From the IMG/VR virus record IMGVR_UViG_3300037455_000372, positions 11,710-75,709 of that record: a DNA stretch of 64,000 nt. One strand, written 5' to 3'. Positions 1-9,672 of this stretch are shown in pieces. A program made the position numbers and the translations under genes. The DNA comes from a virus (lineage: Duplodnaviria > Heunggongvirae > Uroviricota > Caudoviricetes). The notes under the pieces were generated by a model, which was not told the origin of the DNA, ran no database searches, and saw only the letters and a list, made by a program, of their open reading frames with translations. Position 1 is the stretch's first letter. Each line of letters starts with the position of its first letter.

Positions 1-702
1 CGCCTAGTCGTGATCTTGTACTTCTCGCCGACAAGCGGTGCCAGAATGTCGGCAAGAGGTGTCAGCCTGTCCTCGGACTCCTTGATACGGGCCTTCTTCT
101 TTTCCAGACTGTCTTGGTTCTTCAGCCTTCTGGCGTGTTTCGCGTTTATCTCGCGGAAGGCTTCCATAACCAAGTCCAGAGCCTCTTCCGGGACGTGGGT
201 CACCCAGAAATGGTAGTAGTCGGCCAGATTCTTGAAATCGGGGTACTGGTCGCCGATCTTGTCGCGTGCCTTTATGAAGCAGCGGAACTCTTTGCCGAAC
301 ATAAGGTCGTATTTGTCGTTACCGTCCTTGTCCTTCCCGGCCTGATGAAGCGAGATTCCCCATTTAGGGTCGTTCGCGTAGGTCTCGCGGAAGTCCGGGC
401 TGACCATACCGAACTCGAAGCGTCCACCCTCGTAGAGGCTGTCGTACACGACAACGCATTCCAAATTGTTCACGTCGCACTTGATTCCGGTGAACAGGAT
501 GGCGTCGAGTAAAAGGTAATCTTGCTGGTAGTTGTTGTGGTAGGCTGTCCATTCGTGACGCTGCACCCACGGCTTCTTGCCGAGGAAAAGGTCGTGCTTC
601 TTGGCGTATGCCTCTAGGTCGGCAACGAGCGACGAGGCGTATGCCTTGCGGAAGTCCTTTGCCGGTTCGGTGATGGTTTTCTGTTCGTCTTTCGTACTCA
701 TA
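1..702 (-). CDS. hypothetical protein, truncated by window edge (N-term MSTKDEQKTITEPAKDF...)
   Basis: uninterrupted minus-strand frame from ATG at 702 running off position 1; missing from ORF table only because no stop lies inside the window; promoter-like TTGCTATATTT-type motif region at 720-790 is shared with the divergent + gene. Confidence 0.5.
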
Positions 703-777
703 TAGGCAAATATAACAAATATTTTCGGTATTGACAATATCGTAAATAAAAATTATATTTCTCATAGTCGATTATAA

Positions 778-788
778 TTGCTATATTT
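778..788 (+). promoter_or_regulatory. TTGCTATATTT promoter-like motif upstream of CDS 794
   Basis: first copy of motif repeated >15x in window, always 10-40 nt upstream of a start codon. Confidence 0.5.
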
Positions 789-793
789 ACTAT

Positions 794-1060
794 ATGGATA
801 ACAACTTCAACAAATACACTAAACGCCACCTCAAGATCGTCCAGAGCGGCCAGACAATCTTCAGCAAGGACGTATATGTTTGCCTAGAGCATACCCACTA
901 CTGCAACGTCGAGTCGCCGTATTATTACTATTCAGATAGAAACAAGCGTGTACTCAAGATCAAGTTGGCTGAAGACGACAAGGAACTGAGCTACATCAAC
1001 CTCGGTTTCGGCGACACGTTCTTCGTAACCGTTCCACCTTCTAAAGAAACCGGTATCTAA
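794..1060 (+). CDS. hypothetical protein (88 aa)
   Basis: ORF directly after promoter motif; stop abuts next gene. Confidence 0.5.
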   Translation: MDNNFNKYTKRHLKIVQSGQTIFSKDVYVCLEHTHYCNVESPYYYYSDRNKRVLKIKLAEDDKELSYINLGFGDTFFVTVPPSKETGI

Positions 1061-1065
1061 CTCCT

Positions 1066-1737
1066 ATGATAGCCGGTATTGTAACACCACAAGTCTTCGA
1101 CGACATCACCTCCGGTTCGCTCAAGGCCGCTTCGATGTGCGACTTCCTAGAACTCCGCTACGACCTCTTCAAGGGTCGTCCGTGGGCATCGTTGGCCGGT
1201 ATGCTCAAGGAGACTATGCCCGACAAGAAGGTCATAGGAACCATCCGCACTAGGAGCGACGGCGGCGAGTTCCAGCAGTGCAAGCCAGATATGCGCCTAT
1301 CGCTCTGGAAGACCCTACTCGACGCGGAAACAACTCCGGACTGGGTGGACATCGAGCTGAACTTCATCGACACCCCCCACATCCACCTGTTCAGGGAACG
1401 CGAGGTCAAGGTGCTTCTGTCGGCTCACGACTGGTCGCAACGATACCCGACCCAGACAGCGATCAAGCTTATGGGGAAGGGAGCGGAATACAACGTGGAC
1501 GGCATCAAGCTGGCGACCACCGGGAGCGGATCCGTAGCGAAGGTTTACGAATTCCTGAAGTTCACCGAATGCTACAAGCTGGTCTCCGCGTTCGTGATGG
1601 GATCCAACTTCTCCTTCACCCGAATCCACTCGCTCGAAAAGGGAGCGAACCTCGTCTACGCCTCTCTGGATGGGTCGAGACAGTTCGGAATCCTCCCAGT
1701 AGAAGAAACGGCTAGTGCCTTGAAATCCCCAAGGTAG
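1066..1737 (+). CDS. type I 3-dehydroquinate dehydratase (AroD)-like protein
   Basis: motif series ELRYDLF / IGTIRTRSDGGEF / WVDIELNF / LLSAHDW..P / KLATTG / FVMGSNFSFTRI follows the AroD TIM-barrel pattern (established family pattern, judged by eye). Confidence 0.55.
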   Translation: MIAGIVTPQVFDDITSGSLKAASMCDFLELRYDLFKGRPWASLAGMLKETMPDKKVIGTIRTRSDGGEFQQCKPDMRLSLWKTLLDAETTPDWVDIELNFIDTPHIHLFREREVKVLLSAHDWSQRYPTQTAIKLMGKGAEYNVDGIKLATTGSGSVAKVYEFLKFTECYKLVSAFVMGSNFSFTRIHSLEKGANLVYASLDGSRQFGILPVEETASALKSPR

Positions 1738-2329
1738 ACAGCTTGACTGGTGTCATATCGTCCTTGCGCTTCCTATTGGGGTCGATGCACTGTGACAGAT
1801 ACTCGCACACCGGCTTGATGATATCCAGTTGCTCGGTCGTGAACAGGAACTTCTTGTTCACGACTTTTTCGTACCATTCCATAAGGCCGCTGCCGTTTTC
1901 CTCCGAAGTGGCAGCCCAGTCGGCGCACATCTCATATAAGTACGTCTGTTCCATCTTGGTGCAGTCGTTACCCTCGGACGCGTAGTCGCCGTCGCTCCAG
2001 TATTCACAGTGGTGCTTGTTCGACTTGATGTGTTCCATAACCACGTTATGGATAGCCAGCTTCTCCTTGTCGGATAGCGGTCCCGGAATGTACCTGAACG
2101 CTTGGCGAACCAGATTCTTGAGTTTCAGCTTGTCCTTGTCGTGGTTCATTACCCGGTCCATATCGATATCCTTCACCGTAGGTATCATATCGGCATAGAC
2201 GATTTTCGTATAGAAATATTGGACTCGCTCGATGTGAGCCTTTATCCGTCTTCTATACTTGAACGCATACTTGATTATTTGGAACAGTCGCAACATATTC
2301 AGTTTCATATTGGAAATATAGTAAACCAC
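1712..2329 (-). CDS. hypothetical protein (205 aa)
   Basis: long minus ORF, compact spacing with neighbours. Confidence 0.5.
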   Translation of the reverse strand: MVYYISNMKLNMLRLFQIIKYAFKYRRRIKAHIERVQYFYTKIVYADMIPTVKDIDMDRVMNHDKDKLKLKNLVRQAFRYIPGPLSDKEKLAIHNVVMEHIKSNKHHCEYWSDGDYASEGNDCTKMEQTYLYEMCADWAATSEENGSGLMEWYEKVVNKKFLFTTEQLDIIKPVCEYLSQCIDPNRKRKDDMTPVKLSTLGISRH

Positions 2330-2360
2330 GAGAAACCGTTATACCTATATTTCTCGTAGG

Positions 2361-3089
2361 TCAGTCTTCGTTGGAATTCTCGTCTTCTTCCGCTTCATCT
2401 TCCTCTTCCGGTTCTTCCTCGTACCAGTGGACTCCGATATTCTCTTCCTTGTATTCGAGGAACGGCCAGCCGAAACGGTCTTCGCAGCGGAACTCGTCGC
2501 AGTCCGGTCCGCAGTCGGGTGAGTACACGAACTTGGAATACTTACCCTTGTGTTCCACCTCTTTGCCGTTGATGATGGAAGTGTAGGTGTATTCGAAATT
2601 CGTGAGCAGTTCCGGACAATTCTTCTCGACCCATTCGCGAGGAGCCGATACCAGATAGTTCTGGCTCATATCGACGAAACCACATCGGACACAGAGCTTG
2701 TTTTCCTTTACCCATTCCTCGTTTTGGAACGTCTGGTCTAGGTCGTTTCCGAGCCACTTGCGGAAGTTCTCTGTCGGAGGATAGTCTTGTCCGTACATCC
2801 AGTTGTTCACCGAGAAATAGATGATACCGCTGTCCATACGGTTGAAGTCTTGAATCACGGCGTCCGGCAAGTCGGAATCGAACAAGTGTTCGGATCCGAA
2901 CAACTTGTCAAGCTCGTATAGCACGTTCTGCGGAGTGTAGAGCTTAGAAAGCAGCTCCATCGAGAACTTCGTCCCAGTCCGCGTATCGCGGATGACGTTG
3001 CGCTCCGGCTCGTACGACTTGTCGAGCGCAATTTCAAGGATACCCTCCCACTTGTCGATAAGAGGTTTGAGCATTTCCGGTGTAATCAT
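2361..3089 (-). CDS. hypothetical protein with poly-acidic C-terminus (EEEPEEEDEAEEDENSNED)
   Basis: ORF 2361..3152; start trimmed to ATG at 3089 (MITPEML, GAGG 8 nt upstream) to avoid 60-nt overlap with upstream gene. Confidence 0.5.
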   Translation of the reverse strand: MITPEMLKPLIDKWEGILEIALDKSYEPERNVIRDTRTGTKFSMELLSKLYTPQNVLYELDKLFGSEHLFDSDLPDAVIQDFNRMDSGIIYFSVNNWMYGQDYPPTENFRKWLGNDLDQTFQNEEWVKENKLCVRCGFVDMSQNYLVSAPREWVEKNCPELLTNFEYTYTSIINGKEVEHKGKYSKFVYSPDCGPDCDEFRCEDRFGWPFLEYKEENIGVHWYEEEPEEEDEAEEDENSNED

Positions 3090-3091
3090 AT

Positions 3092-3592
3092 CTACCTCAC
3101 TGATATTTCGTCGCGCCAGCCTTGTATACCGATCGTGAACGGCGGCTCGCATTTGCGACTAAGGACATTGAGGTCGGCCAGCTGGATAACCAGATTGACG
3201 TTGAAATTTCCGCTCTTGGTTATGGTACTACCGTATTCACCGATTTTCTCGCGATCTGGTTCTGTCTCGTACGTACCACATATAGTGATATACTCGTCCG
3301 TGTTCCGTGTGACTTCCCTGATCGAGACGTTCGTCTGGAACTCTTGATTGAACGGCGCGTATATGCACAACTTGGTGGCCTTGTGGAGTATGAAGTCGAT
3401 TGCCGCCTTGCGTGTCTCGTCTTCGGGGCAGATTCGGGCCGCCTTCATCTCGTTGAGGGTCGACTGGGCATACTGCTTCGCTTGGTCGAGATAAGCCATA
3501 ATACGAGTCAGGTCTTTCTCGGTCAATTCAGCATTAGCTTTGTTTAGCGAATCGTTAAAGACGCACGGGTTAAAAATGTCGAATATTTTCAT
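3092..3592 (-). CDS. hypothetical protein (166 aa)
   Basis: minus ORF in operon. Confidence 0.5.
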   Translation of the reverse strand: MKIFDIFNPCVFNDSLNKANAELTEKDLTRIMAYLDQAKQYAQSTLNEMKAARICPEDETRKAAIDFILHKATKLCIYAPFNQEFQTNVSIREVTRNTDEYITICGTYETEPDREKIGEYGSTITKSGNFNVNLVIQLADLNVLSRKCEPPFTIGIQGWRDEISVR

Positions 3593-3593
3593 G

Positions 3594-4040
3594 TTACACC
3601 TTTCCTTCGACCCAGTTAGTATCGAAGCTGGATTCTTTCACCTCGCCCGGAATCTTAGTCCAAGAGATGCGGAGGTCGTGCGCAAGGCTGTCGTCTTCCG
3701 GATCGTCCGGCACGAATTCATTTAGCCAGTCTTTCAAGTGGTCTTCGAAGTAATCGTCGTTCTCGTCGCCGATTTCCTTGTCGACAAACTTGGTCACGAC
3801 ATCCTTTGGCAGCTTTCCGTCGGCGGACAAACTGTCGATAAGCTCTTCGCGTTCGCAAACGTTGTGGAACCAGCCATCGTCGAATGTTTGTTCCGCGTAC
3901 TCGGCCATACGCATATTGAACAACAGTTTCTGCATCTGTTCCTTGTTCTCGTCGTCGAATACGCCCAATGTGCCGTGGGTGTAGATGTAGTCAGCGTCGT
4001 TGGAATCGGCTTGTGCGTCCCATTTAATCGTCCATTTCAT
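3594..4040 (-). CDS. hypothetical protein (start MKWTIKWDAQ)
   Basis: ORF 3594..4130 trimmed to ATG at 4040 preceded by GGAGAA; promoter motifs at 4067-4075 / 4087-4098. Confidence 0.5.
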   Translation of the reverse strand: MKWTIKWDAQADSNDADYIYTHGTLGVFDDENKEQMQKLLFNMRMAEYAEQTFDDGWFHNVCEREELIDSLSADGKLPKDVVTKFVDKEIGDENDDYFEDHLKDWLNEFVPDDPEDDSLAHDLRISWTKIPGEVKESSFDTNWVEGKV

Positions 4041-4086
4041 AGGAATTCTCCTTGTTTTCCGACAGTATAGCAATAAAAAGTTTGAA

Positions 4087-4098
4087 TTGCTATATTTG
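4087..4098 (+). promoter_or_regulatory. TTGCTATATTTG promoter-like motif upstream of CDS 4117
   Basis: exact copy of repeated motif 19 nt upstream of ATG 4117. Confidence 0.5.
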
Positions 4099-4116
4099 AT
4101 AAAAAAGGATCGGATT

Positions 4117-4590
4117 ATGAAAACCACCATTACGTTTTTCGCAGTGACCGCTGAACAGCTCGTAGACCACGAGTGGAGACAAGTGTACTATATGTACGAA
4201 AACACCGTCGTGTACGAGGCCGAAAAGGCGAAACGGTTCGATACCGTGGAAGAGGCAATGGAATTCCACGCCGGTATCAAGCCCAGCAAGTACACCAAGA
4301 ACGAGCAAATCCAGAAAATCCAGCTCACTGTCGACGTAAAGGAAACCTTTAGCGTCGGTACCGTGGACACGTTCACCAAGATCAAGCAGATGCTGGCCAA
4401 AGGCGGATTCCGCAAGGACTATACGACCAAGGAGGCCGAACGCTCGCTCTTGTGCTGCATCGGTTATGCCGCTTGCAAGTGCTGGAACGAGGAATGGACT
4501 GTAAAGTTCATCAAGGAAGTCGCCGACGCCGTCGATTTCCTCGACGACGAAGAAGTCCTCAACTACATCCGCGACAAAGAAGGTGACTGA
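4117..4590 (+). CDS. hypothetical protein (MKTTITFF..., 157 aa)
   Basis: in-frame ATG after promoter motif and AAAAGGA RBS; listed ORF 4000..4590 starts upstream of the promoter. Confidence 0.55.
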   Translation: MKTTITFFAVTAEQLVDHEWRQVYYMYENTVVYEAEKAKRFDTVEEAMEFHAGIKPSKYTKNEQIQKIQLTVDVKETFSVGTVDTFTKIKQMLAKGGFRKDYTTKEAERSLLCCIGYAACKCWNEEWTVKFIKEVADAVDFLDDEEVLNYIRDKEGD

Positions 4591-4883
4591 TGTTACCCGG
4601 CTGTGAAATCTTTATCAGCGGTTACGCACGTAAGAGCGCGATGCACAAGTTCGGCTGGATAGGCTACTGCAGCACCAACTTCAGTTCCGGACTTCTCGAC
4701 GCGCTCGAATTCGTCGACTCGAAGCGGAATGTTTGCAAACTTACCGAACTGAGCCTTCTTATAAAATACTTCGCATCTTACCGGGGCGTCAAGTACGACT
4801 TGTCGAAAAAGGACGACTACGAACAGCTCCGCTACACTCTCATAGCCGACTACTACGCTCACGAATGGGGAGAACAAGGTTAA
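4590..4883 (+). CDS. hypothetical protein (97 aa)
   Basis: ATGA start/stop overlap with previous gene. Confidence 0.5.
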   Translation: MLPGCEIFISGYARKSAMHKFGWIGYCSTNFSSGLLDALEFVDSKRNVCKLTELSLLIKYFASYRGVKYDLSKKDDYEQLRYTLIADYYAHEWGEQG

Positions 4884-4956
4884 CTATTTTTTATAGAAAA
4901 CTATTGCAAATTATGAATAATTAAAGTATATTTTTAATAGAAATGTATAAACTTAT

Positions 4957-5044
4957 TTTAGGAATGAGCGAGATTCCTAAAATGAAAAGTTTGGCGGCAT
5001 CTATGCCGACTAGTCCTATCTAGAACTCGCTCTTCTGGATAGGA
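4957..5044. repeat. three tandem perfect hairpins (TTTAGGAAT-GAGCGAG-ATTCCTAAA; CGGCAT-CT-ATGCCG; TCCTATC-N17-GATAGGA) in AT-rich spacer upstream of tnpB-like gene
   Basis: inverted repeats read directly from sequence; resemble subterminal hairpins of IS200/IS605-family ends. Confidence 0.5.
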
Positions 5045-5047
5045 TTT

Positions 5048-6349
5048 TTGTTTATGAAGACGGTTAAACTTACAATATGCAACGAAGTTGATGTGCTGGA
5101 TGATATGAGAATATTCAGCAGTATCGTTCGCATCGCGTTTAACCGTTTCCAAGATGGAATGGACGAAAAAGAAGTCCGCGCCTACTGCAATTCAAGGTTC
5201 AACCACAACAGCTGGTTCATCCAGTGTGCCATCAAGGAAGGTGCTGCACTGTACAAGCTGAATGGTAGTAAGCATATCTTGTTCGGTGGCAAGAACAACC
5301 TACGCCAATATATGCGTGGGATCATAGACAAGGCATCGTTCAAGTATCGCCGTATGTTACCGATAGGAATCCAAGGCGAGAAACAGCGTAAAGGGAATCG
5401 CTTGTTCTCGTTCGACTTTGAAACCCAACGGATTGTATACAAGCCGAACAAGGAAACCCACGTAGAAATCAAGTTCTTGCCGATGCGGAAGAATATCGCC
5501 GAAGAACTGTCCAAAGTACAAGAACTTGCACAACAGAACAATATAACGGTTTCCGTTAAGCTCTCTGATAAATATGTATGGCTTACCTATGACGAGACCT
5601 TAATCAAGGATGAACGATACATAAAGCTACGATCTAAGCGGGTGCTTGGTATAGATATGAACCCGAACTATATCGGGTTGTCTATCATAGAGTTCGATAA
5701 GAATGACGAGTTCAATGTATTGCACAAGCAAGTCTTTGATTTAAGACAGCTTACCGTTTCGTCCAGTAAATCGAGTACAGATAGCAAGTCCAAGTATCTA
5801 ACTAACAAGTTGAAACACGAGACTATTGCCATTGTCCATAAAATCAACAAGCTGGTTAATGTGTGGAAGTGCAAGACGGTTGCGATAGAAGATTTAAGCA
5901 TAAAACCGTCCGACATGAAGAAAGGCAAGACTTTAAACAAACTATGTAACAACAAGTGGGAACGAAACTTGTTCGTGATCAAGCTGAAAATGCTTGCTAA
6001 TCTGCATAAGTTCAATCTGGTTGAAGTCAACCCAGCGTATTCCAGTCAAGTAGGAAACATCGCCTACGGCGACGAAAATACACCAGATATGGTGGCTGCA
6101 TCTATTGAAATCGCTCGCAGAGCATACAAGAAATTCGACAAGGGATGGTTCTATCCGAAATTCAATATTCAGTTCCGAGATGAGCAATGGAAGCAAACAC
6201 TCGGTACGGTGGAAAATTGGAAAGACCTGTTCCGAAAAATCAAAGAATCGAAACTGAAATATCGGTTCCAGCTACTGGACTACGTTCAGAATGCCGTCTT
6301 TAGCAAAAACTATATTCAAAAGTGCTATTCTGTATACTCTTTTGCATAG
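5048..6349 (+). CDS. tnpB: TnpB-like RuvC-fold protein (IS200/IS605 OrfB family) lacking the zinc finger
   Basis: GIDMNPNYIGLSI (RuvC-I D), VAIEDLSIK (RuvC-II E), VNPAYSSQ (OrfB signature), PDMVAASIEIARRA (RuvC-III D); no CxxC pairs between the last two motifs; AT-rich compared with flanks. Confidence 0.7.
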   Translation: MFMKTVKLTICNEVDVLDDMRIFSSIVRIAFNRFQDGMDEKEVRAYCNSRFNHNSWFIQCAIKEGAALYKLNGSKHILFGGKNNLRQYMRGIIDKASFKYRRMLPIGIQGEKQRKGNRLFSFDFETQRIVYKPNKETHVEIKFLPMRKNIAEELSKVQELAQQNNITVSVKLSDKYVWLTYDETLIKDERYIKLRSKRVLGIDMNPNYIGLSIIEFDKNDEFNVLHKQVFDLRQLTVSSSKSSTDSKSKYLTNKLKHETIAIVHKINKLVNVWKCKTVAIEDLSIKPSDMKKGKTLNKLCNNKWERNLFVIKLKMLANLHKFNLVEVNPAYSSQVGNIAYGDENTPDMVAASIEIARRAYKKFDKGWFYPKFNIQFRDEQWKQTLGTVENWKDLFRKIKESKLKYRFQLLDYVQNAVFSKNYIQKCYSVYSFA

Positions 6350-7030
6350 TTATTTATAGTTTTGTATTTCATATATTCCTTCAAGTTCGTCCGCGACTTC
6401 GCGCATCGAGTGTTCCGCCATCCAAGTCTTGTTGTTGTCGATATAGAAGTGTACCGACTTGGACTGTTCGTAGGTCTTCCTAGAAAAATTCAAGTAACCG
6501 TCGGCACACTTGATATACAGATGTTCCGGATTTACGACCACATCTGAGTAGTACGATACTATCTGAGCCATCTGCGCCTCGAACGTCTGCTTGATGAACT
6601 GACGGACTTCGTCTCCGCCCATACCGCGAATGAGACCCTTCTCGATCAGCGAATCGACTTCGCCGCACCATAATGACACGGTTTCGGTATTATGCTCTTC
6701 GTGGACTATGCAGTTAATGTTCGGCTTGGACGTGTCGAACCCTGTAAAGACGCAGAACACGCATCCGCCAATCTTCAAGTTGCTTGTATCGTCGTGCTCG
6801 ACGCTCTTGAGACAGTTGCAGTTGATGATGTATTCGCGCTTCTCGACTTGGCACGACGGGTTGATATAGATGAACGGGTACCTCCGAGCCAGATCCAAGA
6901 GCTTTTCGTACGCTTCACGCTTGGTTTCCTCAAGCTGGAGGTTCTTGCTAACCGAAGCCAAGCTGGATTCGAGTTCTGTCTGGTGCTGCGACAGTGCAGC
7001 GATTCTTGTCATATCGTAACCATTTGCCAT
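6350..7030 (-). CDS. hypothetical protein (226 aa)
   Basis: minus ORF; stop abuts tnpB stop. Confidence 0.5.
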   Translation of the reverse strand: MANGYDMTRIAALSQHQTELESSLASVSKNLQLEETKREAYEKLLDLARRYPFIYINPSCQVEKREYIINCNCLKSVEHDDTSNLKIGGCVFCVFTGFDTSKPNINCIVHEEHNTETVSLWCGEVDSLIEKGLIRGMGGDEVRQFIKQTFEAQMAQIVSYYSDVVVNPEHLYIKCADGYLNFSRKTYEQSKSVHFYIDNNKTWMAEHSMREVADELEGIYEIQNYK

Positions 7031-7317
7031 CAGCGACGTTCCTTCAAATATTTAGTGTTGACCTTGCGCTCTTCCGCTGTCTTCAGCGGACAACGTACCG
7101 GACGCTCGAATTCGGTAAAATCCGGATGCATATATTGCTGTTCGTACACGAGCTTGTTGTGAGATGTCTTCCTAGGCGCGTAGCAAGCTGTATCGAGGTT
7201 GAAGTTGCCTAACGCGCAGTAACGGCGGTATGGATGCTTGCCACCCTTCTTTTCATCCAGCTTCACTTCCTTGAAATGCTCACAGCCGTCACATCCCGGC
7301 ATACCAATCATAGCCAT
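7030..7317 (-). CDS. hypothetical Cys-rich protein (95 aa)
   Basis: minus ORF, overlapping start/stop with neighbour. Confidence 0.5.
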   Translation of the reverse strand: MAMIGMPGCDGCEHFKEVKLDEKKGGKHPYRRYCALGNFNLDTACYAPRKTSHNKLVYEQQYMHPDFTEFERPVRCPLKTAEERKVNTKYLKERR

Positions 7318-7319
7318 AG

Positions 7320-7574
7320 TTACCTCTGGATTTCGCTACAGCGAGCCGGTTCACCCTTGCTGTTGTAGTACACCGTAATGCCATTCTTGGATTCGGACTG
7401 CCAGTAGCGCAGATATGCGATATTGGTCGACTTGTCGCAGAAGATGGAGAAGTCGCCACGAGCATCGATATCCACCATCTTGTAGATGCGACCGTTGTCG
7501 TGCAAGTTCTGTGCGTGGTCTTCGCATCCGGCAATAGCCAGCGCGGCCAACATAATCAACAAGTATTTCATCAT
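7320..7574 (-). CDS. putative lipoprotein (MMKYLLIMLAALAIAGC lipobox)
   Basis: ORF 7320..7691 trimmed to ATG 7574 after GAGGGGAAA; signal peptide plus LAIAGC lipobox. Confidence 0.55.
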   Translation of the reverse strand: MMKYLLIMLAALAIAGCEDHAQNLHDNGRIYKMVDIDARGDFSIFCDKSTNIAYLRYWQSESKNGITVYYNSKGEPARCSEIQR

Positions 7575-7792
7575 TTTCCCCTCGCATTTTTTGGTCTGTC
7601 GTCCAAAGGTTTCTTGCGTACCGGCTTCTCGCGCATCGCCCAATGGGTGAACGCCTCGGAACAGTCGTCCTTCATTTTGTGTTTTTCGCAATAGCTACGA
7701 GCCGGACACTCGTTACAATCGTCGTTGCTCATCACCCGGATAAGCTGCCGGATATGTTTTTCGTCTTTTGCAAATGCTTGTAGGTAATTCAT
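7571..7792 (-). CDS. small Cys-rich hypothetical protein (73 aa)
   Basis: promoter motif at 7798-7808 directly upstream; ATGA overlap with downstream gene. Confidence 0.5.
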   Translation of the reverse strand: MNYLQAFAKDEKHIRQLIRVMSNDDCNECPARSYCEKHKMKDDCSEAFTHWAMREKPVRKKPLDDRPKNARGK

Positions 7793-7867
7793 ACTCGAAA
7801 TATAGCAACTTTAGTCCAATATTGCTATAAAGAGTGGAAGTCTGCCCAAAAGAAAAAGATTAAATAG

Positions 7868-8809
7868 CTACTTCCACTGCTTGTTGACGGCTACCGAACG
7901 CTTCGGGTCGACATTCTTGCCCCACGAGCGCATCTGCCCACGGTAGTCGTTACCGTTCTTCTGGATCCACTTGAGGCAATCCTCGTAATCGCCGTGGTAA
8001 AGCGGCCTATACTCGTTCTCGCCGTACACGTTGTATTCAGACGACTCGCTCTCTTGGTCAACGATGAAGCAGCTCTTCGGCTGTCTGCGGTCAAATATAA
8101 CCTGATTCTCCTCGTCGCCGTAATGGTAGAACTCGTTTCCGGTGCCTATGAACACGATGCTGCCCGAACCGTACTTCAGGCGGCCAAAATGCGGCCTAGG
8201 AGCCTCGTCTATGGGGAACGCGAACAGATAGTCGCCATATTCCTTTCCGGCGGTAGAACCGGCGTTAGAATAGGCAAGGCTGCCGATCTCGTCGCCGTAC
8301 TGGAACCCTTCCCTCCAGATGTCCCAAGCATAGTTGGAATTGTGGACAAGCCAGCCGTTCACGACGGTGTGGTTGAAGTCCAGAGTGGTCCTGTCTTGGT
8401 TGGTATACTCGTCCGAACTGTAGATGACCTTGCAAGCGGTCTGCGGATATGAATTGACAATCGTGTAGATGTCCTCGGCGACGAAGTCGTACGCGTCGTA
8501 ATCCTTATACGTGCTGGCGATTCCGTCCGGGTCGAACGCCGCGATGTCGGTGACAATCTCGACGACCAAGCTCGGATTCTCGAAGAGCGTGTCAAGCGCG
8601 TCCAGTGCGCTCTCGTAGGGGTGCTTCTCGTGCCAGACAGCGTTGAACTTATCAGTATAGGGGGATCCGTCCTTCTCGATCGACTTCGGCTTCCTGTACG
8701 CCTTGCGGAGATACATCGTAGGCTCGCTCAGCGACTCGTAGGCGGCTGAGGCGGCTTCCACCAGCGGAGACTTCGGCAAGTTGGACAGATACTCTTTGAA
8801 CTGGTTCAT
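7868..8809 (-). CDS. hypothetical protein (313 aa)
   Basis: long minus ORF; divergent from + operon with motif-rich spacer 8810-8883. Confidence 0.55.
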   Translation of the reverse strand: MNQFKEYLSNLPKSPLVEAASAAYESLSEPTMYLRKAYRKPKSIEKDGSPYTDKFNAVWHEKHPYESALDALDTLFENPSLVVEIVTDIAAFDPDGIASTYKDYDAYDFVAEDIYTIVNSYPQTACKVIYSSDEYTNQDRTTLDFNHTVVNGWLVHNSNYAWDIWREGFQYGDEIGSLAYSNAGSTAGKEYGDYLFAFPIDEAPRPHFGRLKYGSGSIVFIGTGNEFYHYGDEENQVIFDRRQPKSCFIVDQESESSEYNVYGENEYRPLYHGDYEDCLKWIQKNGNDYRGQMRSWGKNVDPKRSVAVNKQWK

Positions 8810-8853
8810 AGGTCGAAAATATCGATTGCTCTAATGGCAGTTTATCAGTTATA

Positions 8854-8864
8854 TTGCTATATTT
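8854..8864 (+). promoter_or_regulatory. TTGCTATATTT promoter-like motif upstream of CDS 8884
   Basis: motif copy; reverse-complement copy at 8826-8834 faces the divergent gene. Confidence 0.5.
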
Positions 8865-8883
8865 CAGCAAAAAGGAACACTTT

Positions 8884-9669
8884 ATGGTAGAAACACAAGA
8901 TTTCGACAAGTACGCGGATATGACCCGCGAAATGATGAAGAATGACAGCTGGCTCGGCTACGATCTCGGCTGCATCGATTCGGCAAGGAAGGCGTTCGTC
9001 AAGGCCAAGGCATCTATGGATGCTGACAACCACTCAGGAGCGTCGTGGAGTGTCACCGCAAACTTCCTCGCCAAGGCCATCTACAACGACCGTCTCGTGC
9101 CAATTACCAAGAAGGAGCTGGACAGTATCGACAAGGAATACGAACCGAGCGAGGTCCACCCACTGCCGAGGTTCAGCTGCTACTACGGTCTGAAGTGCTT
9201 CTACTATATGGGCATCCGCGATTTTTACAAGCTCGTGAACCAGAAAGGCGAAATCGCCTACACCGACTTCAACCGAGTAGAAGCCCACTTGGTCAAGGAC
9301 GACGGCAAATCCGTCGACATCCTCAAAAAGAACCGCGACCACAAGTATATGCTCAATCCACTCGCGTGCAGTATCGTGGACGAGCTGTTCCCCATCAAGT
9401 TTCCGCACTTCCGCGACAACATATTCCGCTACCACGTCACGTTCGTCGTCAAGGACCACGGCACTCTGAGCAGCGACAACTGCTTCGTCAAGGTCGTAGG
9501 ACTCGTGACGCCAGACGGCGTATCGGTTAAGTGCAACCGTTTCTACCATTACTACACCTACAACACGCCGGAGTACGACCACGTACTCCAAGAGATTACC
9601 GAGGACGAGTTCAACGCCGACAATCCGAAGATCGACGTTAAGAAGCTTCCCGTTCTCGACAAGGAGTAA
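8884..9669 (+). CDS. hypothetical protein (261 aa; start MVETQDF)
   Basis: ATG after motif and AAAAGGAA RBS; listed longer ORF starts inside the promoter. Confidence 0.55.
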   Translation: MVETQDFDKYADMTREMMKNDSWLGYDLGCIDSARKAFVKAKASMDADNHSGASWSVTANFLAKAIYNDRLVPITKKELDSIDKEYEPSEVHPLPRFSCYYGLKCFYYMGIRDFYKLVNQKGEIAYTDFNRVEAHLVKDDGKSVDILKKNRDHKYMLNPLACSIVDELFPIKFPHFRDNIFRYHVTFVVKDHGTLSSDNCFVKVVGLVTPDGVSVKCNRFYHYYTYNTPEYDHVLQEITEDEFNADNPKIDVKKLPVLDKE

Positions 9670-9672
9670 AAT

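Noticed and set aside
114-512. 132-aa plus-strand ORF
   Set aside because: Antisense to the edge-truncated minus CDS 1..702 that ends at a promoter-proximal ATG.
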